Under the pieces are notes generated by a model that was given only the letters and a program-made list of their open reading frames with translations, did no database searches and was not told where the DNA came from. DNA of 61,321 nt, counting the filler, from Squatina squatina (lineage: Eukaryota), in NCBI GenBank assembly GCA_031763465.1. It is 4 parts of 3 records of this genome, joined end to end, with 100 filler letters (N's around TTAATTAATTAA, not from the genome) between each part and the next. Parts side by side here need not be neighbours in the genome. Positions count along the whole stretch, not along the records: positions 1 to 20,035 come from JARFOE010000230.1; positions 20,136 to 34,760 come from JARFOE010000073.1; 2 more parts are not named here. One strand, 5' to 3'. Positions 12,693 through 24,205 of the stretch are shown here, piece after piece. Within the stretch, counting starts at the first letter, position 1, and each line of letters begins with the position of its first letter. Position numbers and translations under genes: made by a program.

Positions 12693-14437
12693 AAAAGCAG
12701 TGACAGACGCAAGGGTCAACAAAGATAATGGCTGTGGAAATACCACACCGAGGATGGCAATCAGTCATGGCATAAGATGCAAGGTTAAAGAGATTTAGTA
12801 CAATACTGAAAATACAAAACATCTGCTGTTTTACTCCATTTTGTTTGAATGGGCTGGAGAGGAAGAAACTTCCAGAGCTTCTCCTCCTAACTTCATTAAT
12901 TGGATTTTGTTCCCTCAAATGTGATGGAAACTGTGAGAAGCACAAAATCCCACTCCCTAAATGGCATCCATTTGTACGGAACTTCAGCAGAAACACATCC
13001 TCAACTAAGCACCCTATAAAGTTTACAGTCTCTTATATTTATGAAATTGAGTGTGAGAGTTCTGACCTACTTTTCTGAAGTAACATAGTGTTTTTGCATT
13101 TCTCCTGACTTGGAACCTTCCCTGAAACAAGCTGCAAGGATGAGTGCTGTGTTATGTAAAGGGAACTTAAGATATCCATTCAAAGAAGTCCTAAAAGCTC
13201 AACGTAGCAGCAGTAGTTTTGTCACAATTATTGTACCGCTCACATTTCATGCAGCTTTTCACTTTGGCGCTAATTCCACACTCATGGAGGCGAAGCCACA
13301 CTCAAAGGAACAATGGGGGCCAGAGACAGGGCTGCAATATCATAGCCCCAATTCTCTGGCCCATGCCTCCTGGGGGCAGTAGATGGTGGAATTAATCCTT
13401 CCATCTGTTACCTAGACTATTCCAATAATCTGCTGGTCAGCTTCCCACCTTGCACCCTCTGTAAACTTGAGCTCATCCAAAACTCTGCTGCCTGTATCCT
13501 ACCTCACATCAAGTCCCGTCCACCCAACGCCCCAGTGCTTGTTGACCTGCATNNNNNNNNNNNNNNNNNNNNNNNNNNNNNNNNNNNNNNNNNNNNNNNN
13601 NNNNNNNNNNNNNNNNNNNNNNNNNNNNNNNNNNNNNNNNNNNNNNNNNNNNAGGCAACTAGATGCATTTCTGAAGAGAGATGGGTTTCAGGGACAGTGT
13701 GAAGGTGGGATTGGTCTACATGAAAAGGTGATGATGGGTAGGTCAGGTGGCTGAACGCTGGCCTTTAGACCCAAGGGGGTGCGATTTAGGTGCTAAAGAG
13801 ATAAAGAGATGGTCAAGATGGGGTCGTAAGCTGAAATGCTGGTTTACATCATCACGCCATCTTGCTAAAGGAGTTAAAGCCAAGGCTAAGAATGGCCACC
13901 TGGAGACTTGTTAAACACCTGATTGCTACTTAAAATGCCTGCTAATGCTTATTAAGGAGGCTGCATGGCATTTTGGTGGCTAACAACGCCCTCTCCTAAC
14001 AGTGACCAGCTGTTTGGAAGTAAACATGCTGTAGGGACACTCACCACTTAAAGGGATGCTCAATGTTTCATGATCATTGCTGCTGCAGCTGTGCTAGAGG
14101 ACCACTGAAACACATCGGGAGACTTTCTGGAAAACTTTGTCAAGACTTCACCAACACATAAGCAACATTTAATCCAGAAATTTTCTGAGGACTTCACCTA
14201 AAACAAATGCTGGGCTACTTCACCTTATAGGAGTCAACAAAAGAAAAGGAATGCTTGGTCATGGGTATCTTGCTAGGGGTGCACTTGGTCTGAACGAGGA
14301 ATGGGGGGAGGACATGAGGCCAGGCAGAGCAGCATCAGCTGCTGCAGGAGAGAGGGTCAGGAGGGCGAGGTGGCATCCTCACCCCACCCCGCCCGGGTTC
14401 AGGACATCCCTCCCCCTCTGGACCTCCTTCACGACAA

Positions 14438-14482
14438 CCTCCAGTGCCACATCCTCCAATGCCACATCCTCCAGTGCCACAT
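14438..14482. repeat. 3 x 15-bp tandem repeat
   Basis: cctcca(g/a)tgccacat three times. Confidence 0.9.
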
Positions 14483-14889
14483 CTGTATACCTGTTCGCCC
14501 TTTCCCTTGGTCCCTGAGCCAACCTGAAACCTGCTTCTGTGTGCACTCAGAACACTCCACCTTCAATGGAAGTAGGTGTGTGGAGCTCACATACACCGCT
14601 CCCCGAAATATGTGTCTAATCAGCACTTGAGTTTCTGGTTAGCACCTGCAGGCACATAGAAACATAGAAAATAGGAGCAGGAGTAGGCCATTCGGCCCTT
14701 CGAGCCTGCTCTGCCATTCAATATGATCATNNNNNNNNNNNNNNNNNNNNNNNNNNNNNNNNNNNNNNNNNNNNNNNNNNNNNNNNNNNNNNNNNNNNNN
14801 NNNNNNNNNNNNNNNNNNNNNNNNNNNNNNCCATGGAATGTTCACTACCAAAAGTTTGCTTTGCATTTGCTACAAGAAAATAAGTTTGC

Positions 14890-15150
14890 GCTGCTCTAAT
14901 TCTGCCCTCCTTGAGAATCCCTGATTATAATCACTCAACCATTGGTGGCTGTGCCTTCTGTTGCCTAGGCCTTAAGCTCTGGAATTCCTTGCCTAAACAC
15001 TCCTCCTTCAAGACACTCCTTAAAACCTACCTCTGACCAACCTTTTGGTCATCTGTCCTCATTTCTCCTTATGCGGCTCGTTGTCTTTTTTAAATCTCAT
15101 AATACTCCTGTGAAGCACCTTGGGACACTTGACTATGTTAAAGGTGTTAC
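14890..15150 (+). mobile_element. L2-like LINE 3' end
   Basis: accattggtggctgtgccttc...aagctctggaattcc...cttaaaacctacctc motif shared with 9513 and 32825. Confidence 0.75.
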
Positions 15151-15514
15151 AAAACAGTTGGCACACAACTTTTAATGTGCATATTTGTCGTTCCTATTTT
15201 TAGTCAAGTGGAGGAAGGGAAAGAGTACATGAACAGATTCCGTCCACATGAGATGGTATGCAATGGCATCCTGTAATAAGTGATACTTGAATGTGCACTT
15301 TTATTGGTTATGTATGTCTTAATGATTGGATTTGATTCAGTGTGGTTGCTAACCAAATACTTGTTAATCATGCAGTTGGGCAACACTGGATGAAAGAGAA
15401 ACTGTTTCAAGTTTAAAAGTTCAACATGTAGTCAGTTAGAAAAATGTGTGTATATATAGAGTTCAGGAGATAAAGAAGAATACGTAGTTGGTAATGACTG
15501 TCAGAAGTAAAGCA

Positions 15515-15716
15515 ACATCAACTTGCATTTATGTTGTGCCTTTTAACATCAAGAAATGCCCCACAGTGATTCATAGAAGTGTAATCAGAAAAATATTGAC
15601 ACTGAGTCAATGAAGGAGGATGGGTGACTAAAAGCTTGGTCAAGGAGGTAGGTTTTAAGCTGTGTCTTAATGGAAGAGAGGTGTTTAGGGAGGGAATTTT
15701 AGAGCTTGGGTTTAGA
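15515..15716 (-). mobile_element. L2-like LINE 3' end
   Basis: Reverse-complement copy of the same tail. Confidence 0.7.
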
Positions 15717-16554
15717 TGGATGAAGCAGATTTTCTGGTAACTGCTTTTGCTCTTTCCTGCATATTCTGTGTATTGGACAGACACTTACTGTGCACAGTAT
15801 AATCTGTTTTATTTGAAATATTGAGAAGGAAGATGGGATGTATTTTCAGCCAGTTTGATTTTTGTCCCCTCGGTCATGTTCATGGATAGTGTTGGTAGTG
15901 GTGCATGATTTATAGTGATGCCCATAAGGCCTCCAGGTAGTTTGGTCACCTTTTCTTTAAGAAAGATTAGGAAAAAATATGAATAAAAAAAGTCCCATAT
16001 TTGCTAATAGTGTGAAGCAAGACACTGTTAATGTGAACTTATTGGCTTGAACTAGCAATCAGGAAACAATGCCTCAAAAAAACCAGCTGTTTGTGGTCAT
16101 GTTCAGTGTACAGGTATTAGTGCGTCTGAGAGGGTGACTTTAAAACTGTATCCTCTCACTTGGTGGCAGGTTGAAATTTGAATGTGGAAGTTGTAGCTCA
16201 TGAAGACTACTTTTTTATAGAAAAAGCACCTTTTGAGAACTTAAATCTAAACATTAGATACAGTAACTCTACAGCCAGTCAACAGTCTTCTGAAAGAGAA
16301 AGATCGGTTAACCCTTTGGGTGGGGCCCTTCTGCAGCTTATGCAGATGTGAACTTTTGATTTCTTGTCTGCTATTCTCCACTCTTTGTTCTTGGTCAGTC
16401 CTATTAAGGAGCTTCTTCAACCTGACTGTCAATTCTGATCAGCGGTCCCACGGAACCGGTCTTTCGCCTTCGGGTGCTGAATGAGCTGCTGTGCATTTCT
16501 AGCATTTTCTCTTTATATTTCAGATCTCTAGCATTACTTTTTCTCTTCAAGTAC

Positions 16555-16767
16555 CTGTGCTGGGTCGACATTCCCACTCTCCTTCATGCCATAATAATGG
16601 GCAAAGACATCCGCCATGGTCAAGTTTTGTGCGGCATCCGAGATTGGATCTGGGAACAGCTCTCGGATTTCCTGCTCTGTCCACACACAGAAAGCTCCCT
16701 CTCTTTTCTCAATGGACTTGGCCGTCGGGTGCGAATCTGCATCCTCAGCACTATAGAAGCCTCCGGA
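16555..16767 (-). CDS. SPATA20: Spermatogenesis-associated protein 20, internal exon (71 codons, phase 0-0)
   Basis: Bounded by ctacag| and |gtac. Translates SGGFYSAEDADSHPTAKSIEKREGAFCVWTEQEIRELFPDPISDAAQNLTMADVFAHYYGMKESGNVDPAQ, matching the GGFYSAEDADS...EGA.YVW motif of the SPATA20/YyaL family. Confidence 0.95.
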
Positions 16768-17410
16768 CTGTAGGGGCAGAAAGAGTTAGTCACAGGGGCA
16801 GGGAACATGCAACGGTTTCATCAATAGTGCATTGAATTCTATATTCTCTGCAATTTCTCACACTTTTCCAACGCTTGGACCCAATTTGTGAGTGAGCTGC
16901 AATATTCTCTAGTTAAAAATTGGGAAGCACCAAAAACACCATTTTCAGCCCACACCACAATCACCCTACCCTTGTCTATGAATCCACGCTGTCTCCCTGA
17001 CCACTGCCTCAGATTGTTTGCAACCCTAATCCATGCCTTTGGTGGTTCCTAACTCAACAATTCTTATACAAAAGCAAAATACTGCGGATGCTGGAACCTA
17101 GAATATAAACAAAAAATGCTGGAAAAACTCAGCAGGCCTAACCTGCTGAGTTTTTCCAACATTTTTTGTTTATATTCAATAATTTTAATGCTTTCCTGGT
17201 GCATTATAGCACAAGNNNNNNNNNNNNNNNNNNNNNNNNNNNNNNNNNNNNNNNNNNNNNNNNNNNNNNNNNNNNNNNNNNNNNNNNNNNNNNNNNNNNN
17301 NNNNNNNNNNNNNNNAAAATCGGCCCTTCAAAAACTAACACAATGTTTCACTGGTCCCACCTTGAAATATGTGGAGGATGAAAGAATTTGGAGCAGTGGA
17401 AGTAGAAATG

Positions 17411-17735
17411 TGCCAGCTTGACTCAGTTGGTAGCACTCACATCACTTCTCATTCAGAACGTGACCCACGCTAATACCTGAGCACGTGATCCAGGATGGTA
17501 CTTGTAATGAGGAACTACTGCATTTCTTGAAGGAATACCTTTGGATGAGACATTATAACCAAATGCTCACCTGTTCTGATGGTTCCCACAACAGTATTCA
17601 AAAAAGAGCAGGGAACTCTCCCAGTGTCCTGGGCAACTAGACAGCGATAGTCACTCTATCGTAAAGTGATTCATTTAAGATGTTTTGTGGGAGTCAAAAT
17701 AAAGTGTTGCTTTAGTACAAATGTAAGTCTGTCTT
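17411..17735 (+). mobile_element. Diverged Deu-domain SINE
   Basis: gactcagttggtagcactc head, ttggatgagacatt, aaagagcagggaactctcccagtgtcctgg, and tail aaatgtaagtctgtcttt. Confidence 0.6.
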
Positions 17736-17837
17736 TTAAAGCAAACATCTGGTCGTTACTCAGCCTAACATCTACTTAGACCCACAATTATCCTCCCCAC
17801 CACCTCAACTAGAGAGTGTGTCTCAGGGCTATCCTAC

Positions 17838-17968
17838 CTGCCCGATGTGATCGTGAATTCCTCCAAGAGCCATCATTTTGAGCGTGTGCAGGGCCATCTC
17901 CAATGCCTGGGCTCCTTTCTCACTAGTCTTGTTCACAGCCCAGAAACGAAACAGAAAATTGAAGTTCA
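17838..17968 (-). CDS. SPATA20: SPATA20 internal exon (131 nt, phase 1-0)
   Basis: Bounded by aaacag| and |gtagg. Translates (V)NFNFLFRFWAVNKTSEKGAQALEMALHTLKMMALGGIHDHIGQ, matching SPATA20 MALHTLKMMANGGIRDHVGQ. Confidence 0.95.
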
Positions 17969-18817
17969 CTGTTTGGGGGAAGAACAATGGTTTTCACAAA
18001 GTTAGACAGAGGCTGTCAATTAACCATTATCCCTGTCCCACGACAATGTGGGGNNNNNNNNNNNNNNNNNNNNNNNNNNNNNNNNNNNNNNNNNNNNNNN
18101 NNNNNNNNNNNNNNNNNNNNNNNNNNNNNNNNNNNNNNNNNNNNNNNNNNNNNACTAAATGGTGATTTAATGCCTAAAGAATTTGTAACGCCCCATTAAC
18201 ACCTTAAGTAGTCGTTAAGCGAATTTTGCACCCTGTCGAATTTCAGGACCCAGAACTTTGCGCTCACCAATTCGTCCCTTAGCGCCAGTAACTCAGGGCA
18301 GTCGAATTGGCCCCCCCGATAAGTTTTAAATTGTACTTCCATCTAAGAGAAATAAGAAGGAAAATCCAACTTTGACAGCGATGCAAAATGGGCAGTAGCA
18401 TACCCGCTGCCCATTTTAACTTCCATTGGTGTTACCCACAGAATGAAACAGCAATGAAACCAACAGGAGTAAAATCTCCCAGGTGCTTTTAATAGTTAAC
18501 CCACTATTATCACACAAAAAATAATTTCCATTCTTTTACATTAGATAAGAGACATCACGAATGAACTCTTCAATGAAATTATAAAGTAGGTGTGTTGTTC
18601 ACAGTCCTGTAGCTCCATTCACAAAGGGTAGATTTTCTAATTCCTACAATGATTTGCTCCTGATACAGAAGGCAGTTGCCTTTGATTTTGACCAGGTATG
18701 TGTATTTGTGTGAGGGTCCACATATAACTGGTGGCACAATGGTGGTCTGGATAGCTCATCTCTGGTGCAAACTGATTTCCCGGGCACCTTAATTATTTTT
18801 GCATTTAAAACGAGTCA

Positions 18818-18823
18818 TTTTAT
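18818..18823 (-). promoter_or_regulatory. Candidate TSEN54 polyadenylation signal
   Basis: AATAAA on the minus strand about 425 nt downstream of the TSEN54 stop. Confidence 0.45.
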
Positions 18824-19246
18824 TTTGGGCTTTTCTCTTTTTTGCAGGGTGACTGAAGGCAACCAATTCTGTATCTCGCCTGACTTTCTGTGGTGCCAAT
18901 TAGAATTTTGAGCAGGATAAAAATATGCTGTCTTTTAGCAGAGAGTAAGGGGAGAGTTCTGGGGTTTCCACTTAAAGCTAGAACACTTTGTTCTAACAGA
19001 GGCCTGTCAGAGAGGTTAAAATGCTGTTTCGAGAGCTCCTTTGCACGTGACCAATGGTTGCAATCTCAGCAACAGTTTTGTTACTCAATTAGCCCGATCC
19101 ACCAAATACTCTACACCAGCAGAAAGAGAATAGACCCTTCTGGCGATTGGTTATAGCCGATGCCTCCTAACCCCAAAGTCTGTGTCCAGAATATCCCTGA
19201 GTGTGCGGGCCCGTGGAACAGCCAGCCGTCCAAGCCTCTGACCGGG

Positions 19247-19373
19247 TTAGTGGTAGACATCCACAGGCAGTTTGAATTCCTTGAAGGTGTAGAAGGAGAT
19301 ATCTCCAGTGTCGACCACAGCAAACACGACAGGAACGTCACCGCTCTGAAAGGCTAGCTTCTTCATAGCCCGC
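19247..19373 (-). CDS. TSEN54: tRNA-splicing endonuclease subunit 54, last coding exon (5' end in gap)
   Basis: [41 protein letters not shown], matching the TSEN54 C-terminus ([27 protein letters not shown].H). Confidence 0.93.
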
Positions 19374-19867
19374 ANNNNNNNNNNNNNNNNNNNNNNNNNN
19401 NNNNNNNNNNNNNNNNNNNNNNNNNNNNNNNNNNNNNNNNNNNNNNNNNNNNNNNNNNNNNNNNNNNNNNNNNNCACCCGTTAATTATTGGATTACACTT
19501 CTTTCTGTTCCAAAAGGTTTTGGGAGTGCCCAAGTAATTAGCAATCCAAGAATATCTGGAGCAATGGGGATGAAACATTCGTGGGACGGTATCCAATAGG
19601 CTCATGTATTTGTTATAAAGACAGGAGTCCCGGGTTCTCTGCAGGGAGTTGCTCTGATCTCCTGTCGGGACATTCCCTCCACCCCCCTACTCCCCTCACC
19701 CCGCCAAGAGAAACGGTGTCAACAGCTGTCTATGTAGTTTCCCTCGGGTGGAGGTGGGGTCCATCAATCTTAAGCCAACGTTACGGCAGAGGACAAGTCC
19801 CCTCCCTGTGGAAACCTGGTTCTGTAGACACAGCACTATTGAATGGCGCGGCTTTTCTGCCACCTAC

Positions 19868-20035
19868 CTGGTGAGCTGGCTTGGCCTGGTTTGAGAAGCG
19901 GCTTCACCTTGTCGTTCCACAGGTGGGCGGGCAACTTCTTATTCCTGGCGCGCTTCCACCTGAGCAGCTCCTTGTATTCCTTCCAGTTGGTGCACTGCCT
20001 CACCCGCTTGTCCTTATTGACGTCTGTTTTGTACT
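19868..20035 (-). CDS. TSEN54: TSEN54 internal exon, 3' part
   Basis: YKTDVNKDKRVRQCTNWKEYKELLRWKRARNKKLPAHLWNDKVKPLLKPGQASSP then |gtagg, matching TSEN54 C..W.EYKELL...HLW...V.PLL.PGQASSP. Confidence 0.92.
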
Positions 20036-20135
20036 NNNNNNNNNNNNNNNNNNNNNNNNNNNNNNNNNNNNNNNNNNNNTTAATTAATTAANNNNNNNNN
20101 NNNNNNNNNNNNNNNNNNNNNNNNNNNNNNNNNNN
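20036..20135. other. Artificial scaffold linker
   Basis: 44 N, TTAATTAATTAA (20080-20091, stops in all six frames), 44 N. Confidence 0.95.
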
Positions 20136-21028
20136 CATAAAATGCCACTATTTTTGTTTTAAACAATAAGGTGGTTTTCTAAATTGAGATAAAGCAGCAG
20201 AACTATTGCCAAGCCCCCTACCAACAGCCTTCGCCCCAGCTGTCCGCTCTACTCTGCCAGACGTGCCTGTTGGATGTACAGCTAACCCGGGGGGCAATCC
20301 CACATTAAGCTGTAAAGGTCATGGGATAATGACTACATCTAGTCAATGGAAAGGACTGGCAGCATAAACTGGCTGCAGCAATCACATTAGGGGAGTTCAA
20401 ACTGAATTAGTAATAGAAGAAGCTGCACAGAGCTCCTCCAGAGGCTAGGGCACGGAGATGAAGTACGTGGGAGTGGATCAGCGCTTCTCGTTTTCATTTT
20501 GATTTTGAACAAAAGTCCCGCGTGAGGCCAAGGAAAAGGGGACAATATTGTCCCTTTAATTAAAAGCTGCTTACAAGCAACCAGATGTTCTGGAGCATAA
20601 AACAGGAGGTGACTGTTTGAAAAGCCTTCCATCTCCTTCAAATTGGAGTAGCATTTAAACATTCCGTGTCCGCCCTCCTCTTGCATTGCAAAATGCGGCT
20701 CATCAACAAACTCAGACCAGCAAGGTGTGAATTCCCAGACAGTTATGTCAACTATAAGTCATACAGGAGGCACGTAAACACAGTACATCAACAAAAATTT
20801 TTTTTTTTTTTTTATAAATGACACGAGGGGCTCCACGAATTTGCGCAAACTTAAATGAGCTGGGCTTTCATTTGTCCTAAGAAGCCTTCTCTTTGTACAC
20901 ACTGGCACCATCCGATTAAACCCTACTGNNNNNNNNNNNNNNNNNNNNNNNNNNNNNNNNNNNNNNNNNNNNNNNNNNNNNNNNNNNNNNNNNNNNNNNN
21001 NNNNNNNNNNNNNNNNNNNNNNNNNNNN

Positions 21029-21265
21029 CAGAGATTCCCATGAGTCGGTGGGGGTGTTTCATTTTTTTAGGGAGGCTTTGAAGACGTCCTTGAAGCACTT
21101 CCTCTGCCTCCTGGTAATTGCTTGCCGTGGCGAAGCTCGGAATGGCGTGCTTGTTTCAGGAGTCTTGAGTCGGGCATGCGGACACTGTGGCCCACCCATC
21201 GTAGCTGATTGAGCATGACCATTGCCTCATTGCTGGGTACGTCGGCCTGCGAGAAGATGCTGACA
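21029..21265 (-). mobile_element. RTE (BovB-like) LINE fragment
   Basis: Translates VSIFSQADVPSNEAMVMLNQLRWVGHSVRMPDSRLLKQARHSELRHGKQLPGG, the QLRWAGHVVRM...PKQ..YSEL motif of RTE ORF C-termini. Confidence 0.8.
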
Positions 21266-21269
21266 TAAG

Positions 21270-21590
21270 GAGAACAGATAGGGTAGATAGAGAAAAACTA
21301 TTTCCGCTGGGTGGGGAATCTCGGACTAGGAGACATAGCCTAAAACTTAGAGCCAGGCCTTCCAGGAGTGAAATTCAGAAACACTTTTACACACAAAGGG
21401 TGGTAGAATTTTGGAATTCTCTTCCGCAAATGGCAGTTATTGCTGGGCTAATTGCTAATTTTAAATCTGAGATTGATAAATGGTATACAAAATGATAAAA
21501 GGCGGATATATGGAATTAGGTCACAGATCAGGCATGACCTCATTGAATGGCAGAACAGGCTCAAGGGCTAAATGGTCTCCTCTTGTTCGA
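21270..21590 (+). mobile_element. CR1 LINE 3' fragment
   Basis: RVDREKLFPLGGESRTRRHSLKL...RKHFYTQRVVEFWNSLP followed by 3'UTR. Confidence 0.8.
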
Positions 21591-21769
21591 AATCGGAATT
21601 ACACAGAATTCTCTGAACCACGTACAGAATTGTACATGCGTGTCCAAGGCTATATCACTACAGGCACAGAACCGCTACCAACTCCCAAAAACAAGGATCT
21701 GTCTCTTTCAGTGGATTAACATGGTTACTTCAATTCTGCACATTCCACAGCAACGTTTTGCACTCTTAC

Positions 21770-21862
21770 CTTGCCAAACTGCTCAAAGTACTGCTTTACA
21801 TCATCCACTACTGTATTTGCAGATAAGCCGCCTACAAATATTTTCTTTGTTCGTGTGACCAT
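21770..21862 (-). CDS. MSI2: Musashi-2, exon beginning RRM2 (31 codons)
   Basis: Bounded by tttcag| and |gtaag. Translates [31 protein letters not shown]; SANTVV matches MSI2 rather than MSI1 (SVNTTV). Confidence 0.95.
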
Positions 21863-23689
21863 CTGAAAGAGAAAAAATGTTCAAAGTTTTTACTTTTTAA
21901 AAAAAAATTTGGATAACCTACAAATAACCCAACCAGGAAAGGCGTCATAAAGGACGCGCATTGTGTGGAGGCCAGTTATAACCCATCGTTAATTCGGAAG
22001 TCAACAGAAGGGTATGAAATGAAAGGCTTTTTAAATTTAAAAAGAACATTTTCTTCCGACTGCAAGGGTTAAAAGCCGAGACCTTGAACTGACTCAAGGC
22101 GGGGAATCCTACTTATATTATGTCCNNNNNNNNNNNNNNNNNNNNNNNNNNNNNNNNNNNNNNNNNNNNNNNNNNNNNNNNNNNNNNNNNNNNNNNNNNN
22201 NNNNNNNNNNNNNNNNNNNNNNNNNGACCATAATTTCTCCACATGCGGCTTGGTGTCATTTTTAAACTCTCATGATCCTACTGTGAAGCGCCTTGGGACG
22301 GTTCACTGTGTTACAGGTGCTAATTACATACAAGTTATTGTTGTTGCTTTAAGTGCCAGATTACACTCGCACACAGTTCTGGTAATGAAGCTTCAGGTCT
22401 TCATTGAAACTGCATACTTTCCACAACCAGTCTGAGTGGACAAGTCTGGTCCTGCTACACAAAGCCAGTATGAGAGCGTAAGGGAGTGAATGTTGAAGGT
22501 GTTGAATGGGATGTCAATCAAGCGGGCTGCATTGTGCTGGATGGTGTCAAGACTCTTGAGTGTTGTTCAAATTTCATCCAGGCAATTGAATGTACCAAAA
22601 TAAGGTTCATTGCAATTATAGATCAAAAAAGTACATTTATACAGCTCCATCAGAATCATAAATATGTCAAAAGGTGCCTGACAGCAGAATTTGCAAACAA
22701 AATTTATTTGGAGCTTTGGTGCGGTGAGAGATGTGTTTCTGAAATTGTAATCTCCCTTGCTTTGGGATGCCTGAAGTGCTCTGTTATTTTTCATTGCAGA
22801 ACTGGAAGATTGCAAGACAACTCCAGCTGGAACAGGTGAGCCAAATTGTTGCTGATGCCAAATGGGCAGTATCGATGTTGACGCTCATTGTAAGAGGCTC
22901 TCGAATCAACGACCCCTAAATCACCGAGGGGATATCTGAGAAAGGAGCTCCAGTGGCAAATGGCTAGTCATTCGTAAGTGTTAATGTCACAGATTCTACT
23001 AAAATGAAATGGATGAAATTTTGATGTTTCAGCATTTGCAGAACTCTCGGAATGCAAAAAATCGCTGAAAGATTTAGGTAAGGAAAGGATTCCAATATCT
23101 ACAGCATGATTGTACAGTCATAATGCACAACTGCCCAATTATTTTTTGACTAAAATGATATTTTTTTTCATTCCTGGGATGTGGGCAAGGCCAACATTTA
23201 TATTGACCATCCCTAATTGCCCTTGTGAAGGTGGTGGTGAGCCGCCTTCTTGAACCGCTGCAGTCCATGTGGTGAAGGTGCTCCCACAGGGCTGACTTTG
23301 CCATGACAGTTTGAAACAACTGAATCAGAGACAGACACAAGTCAATCAATTATATGGTAAATAGGAAAGTGTATGATTTGCCGTACATAATTTATCAATG
23401 AACCTGCAGTGATAACATCACAATCATTCCTCTCCTTGGGAGAATATTGTGCATCAAGAATGGTGCGCACACTGCAGGTGGCTGCACTAATGGATGCACG
23501 CTGTAAGGAAATCAGACAAAAACAGAGTAAAACCCCTCCATAAAATTAAACCAATATACATTATTAAAAATAAGTCAAGACACCAGGGGCAGATTACAAG
23601 GGTGCAATCTAATCTTAGGATTCAGCCAACAGTTATAAACTGTTTGAGTTTCATTAGTTCACACAGGCACTGCTAAACAGGAACCATTA

Positions 23690-23960
23690 AAAGTAACCAG
23701 GTACCAGCAATCGGTACAAAGTTACCAGGAGTACAATACAAGGTAACCAGGCACCTGATCAAAACAAATAACCAGCACAAAATAATCAGGTACCATTAAT
23801 TGGTACACATCAAGCAGATACCAGGAATCCGTAAACAACAAGATGCCAGTAATCGACACAAAATAACCAGGCACCCAGCAATTGGGACAAGGTGACTGCA
23901 AACTTAGTAATTGATACAAAACAGGATTCCAGTAATTGGGACAAGGTAACTAGGCAGTGA
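23690..23960. repeat. Degenerate minisatellite, unit about 30 bp
   Basis: Recurrent acaaggtaaccagg(t/c)accag(c/t)aattgg-like units. Confidence 0.65.
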
Positions 23961-23999
23961 TAATCAGTTGCAAGCAGTCAACGTTACCGTGCATCTTTT

Positions 24000-24205
24000 T
24001 TTCGTGTGCGTGGTGCGTGCGTGCGTACACACGTTGGTATCTGCGTGTGTGGTGTGTGTACACGTGTTGGGGTATGTGTACACATTGATATCGGCGCGCG
24101 GTGTGCGCGCGCATATTTGTATCTGTGCATGTGTGCGCGCTCATTGGCTGTGGCGGGCGTGTGTGTGAGAGAGTGAGATCTGCGCACAGTGGTGCGTGTG
24201 CACGT
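24000..24205. repeat. Alternating GT/GC low-complexity tract
   Basis: gtgtgcgtggtgcgtgcgtgcgt...gcgcgcggtgtgcgcgcgc. Confidence 0.8.

Noticed and set aside
16439-16480. Small structured RNA with a UUCG tetraloop
   Set aside because: Stems are only 4-6 bp, the best helices fall on different strands, and no ribozyme or snoRNA box pattern is complete.
20080-20091. TTAATTAATTAA as a homeodomain site or biological repeat
   Set aside because: Always centred in N runs with identical spacing, so it is an assembly spacer.
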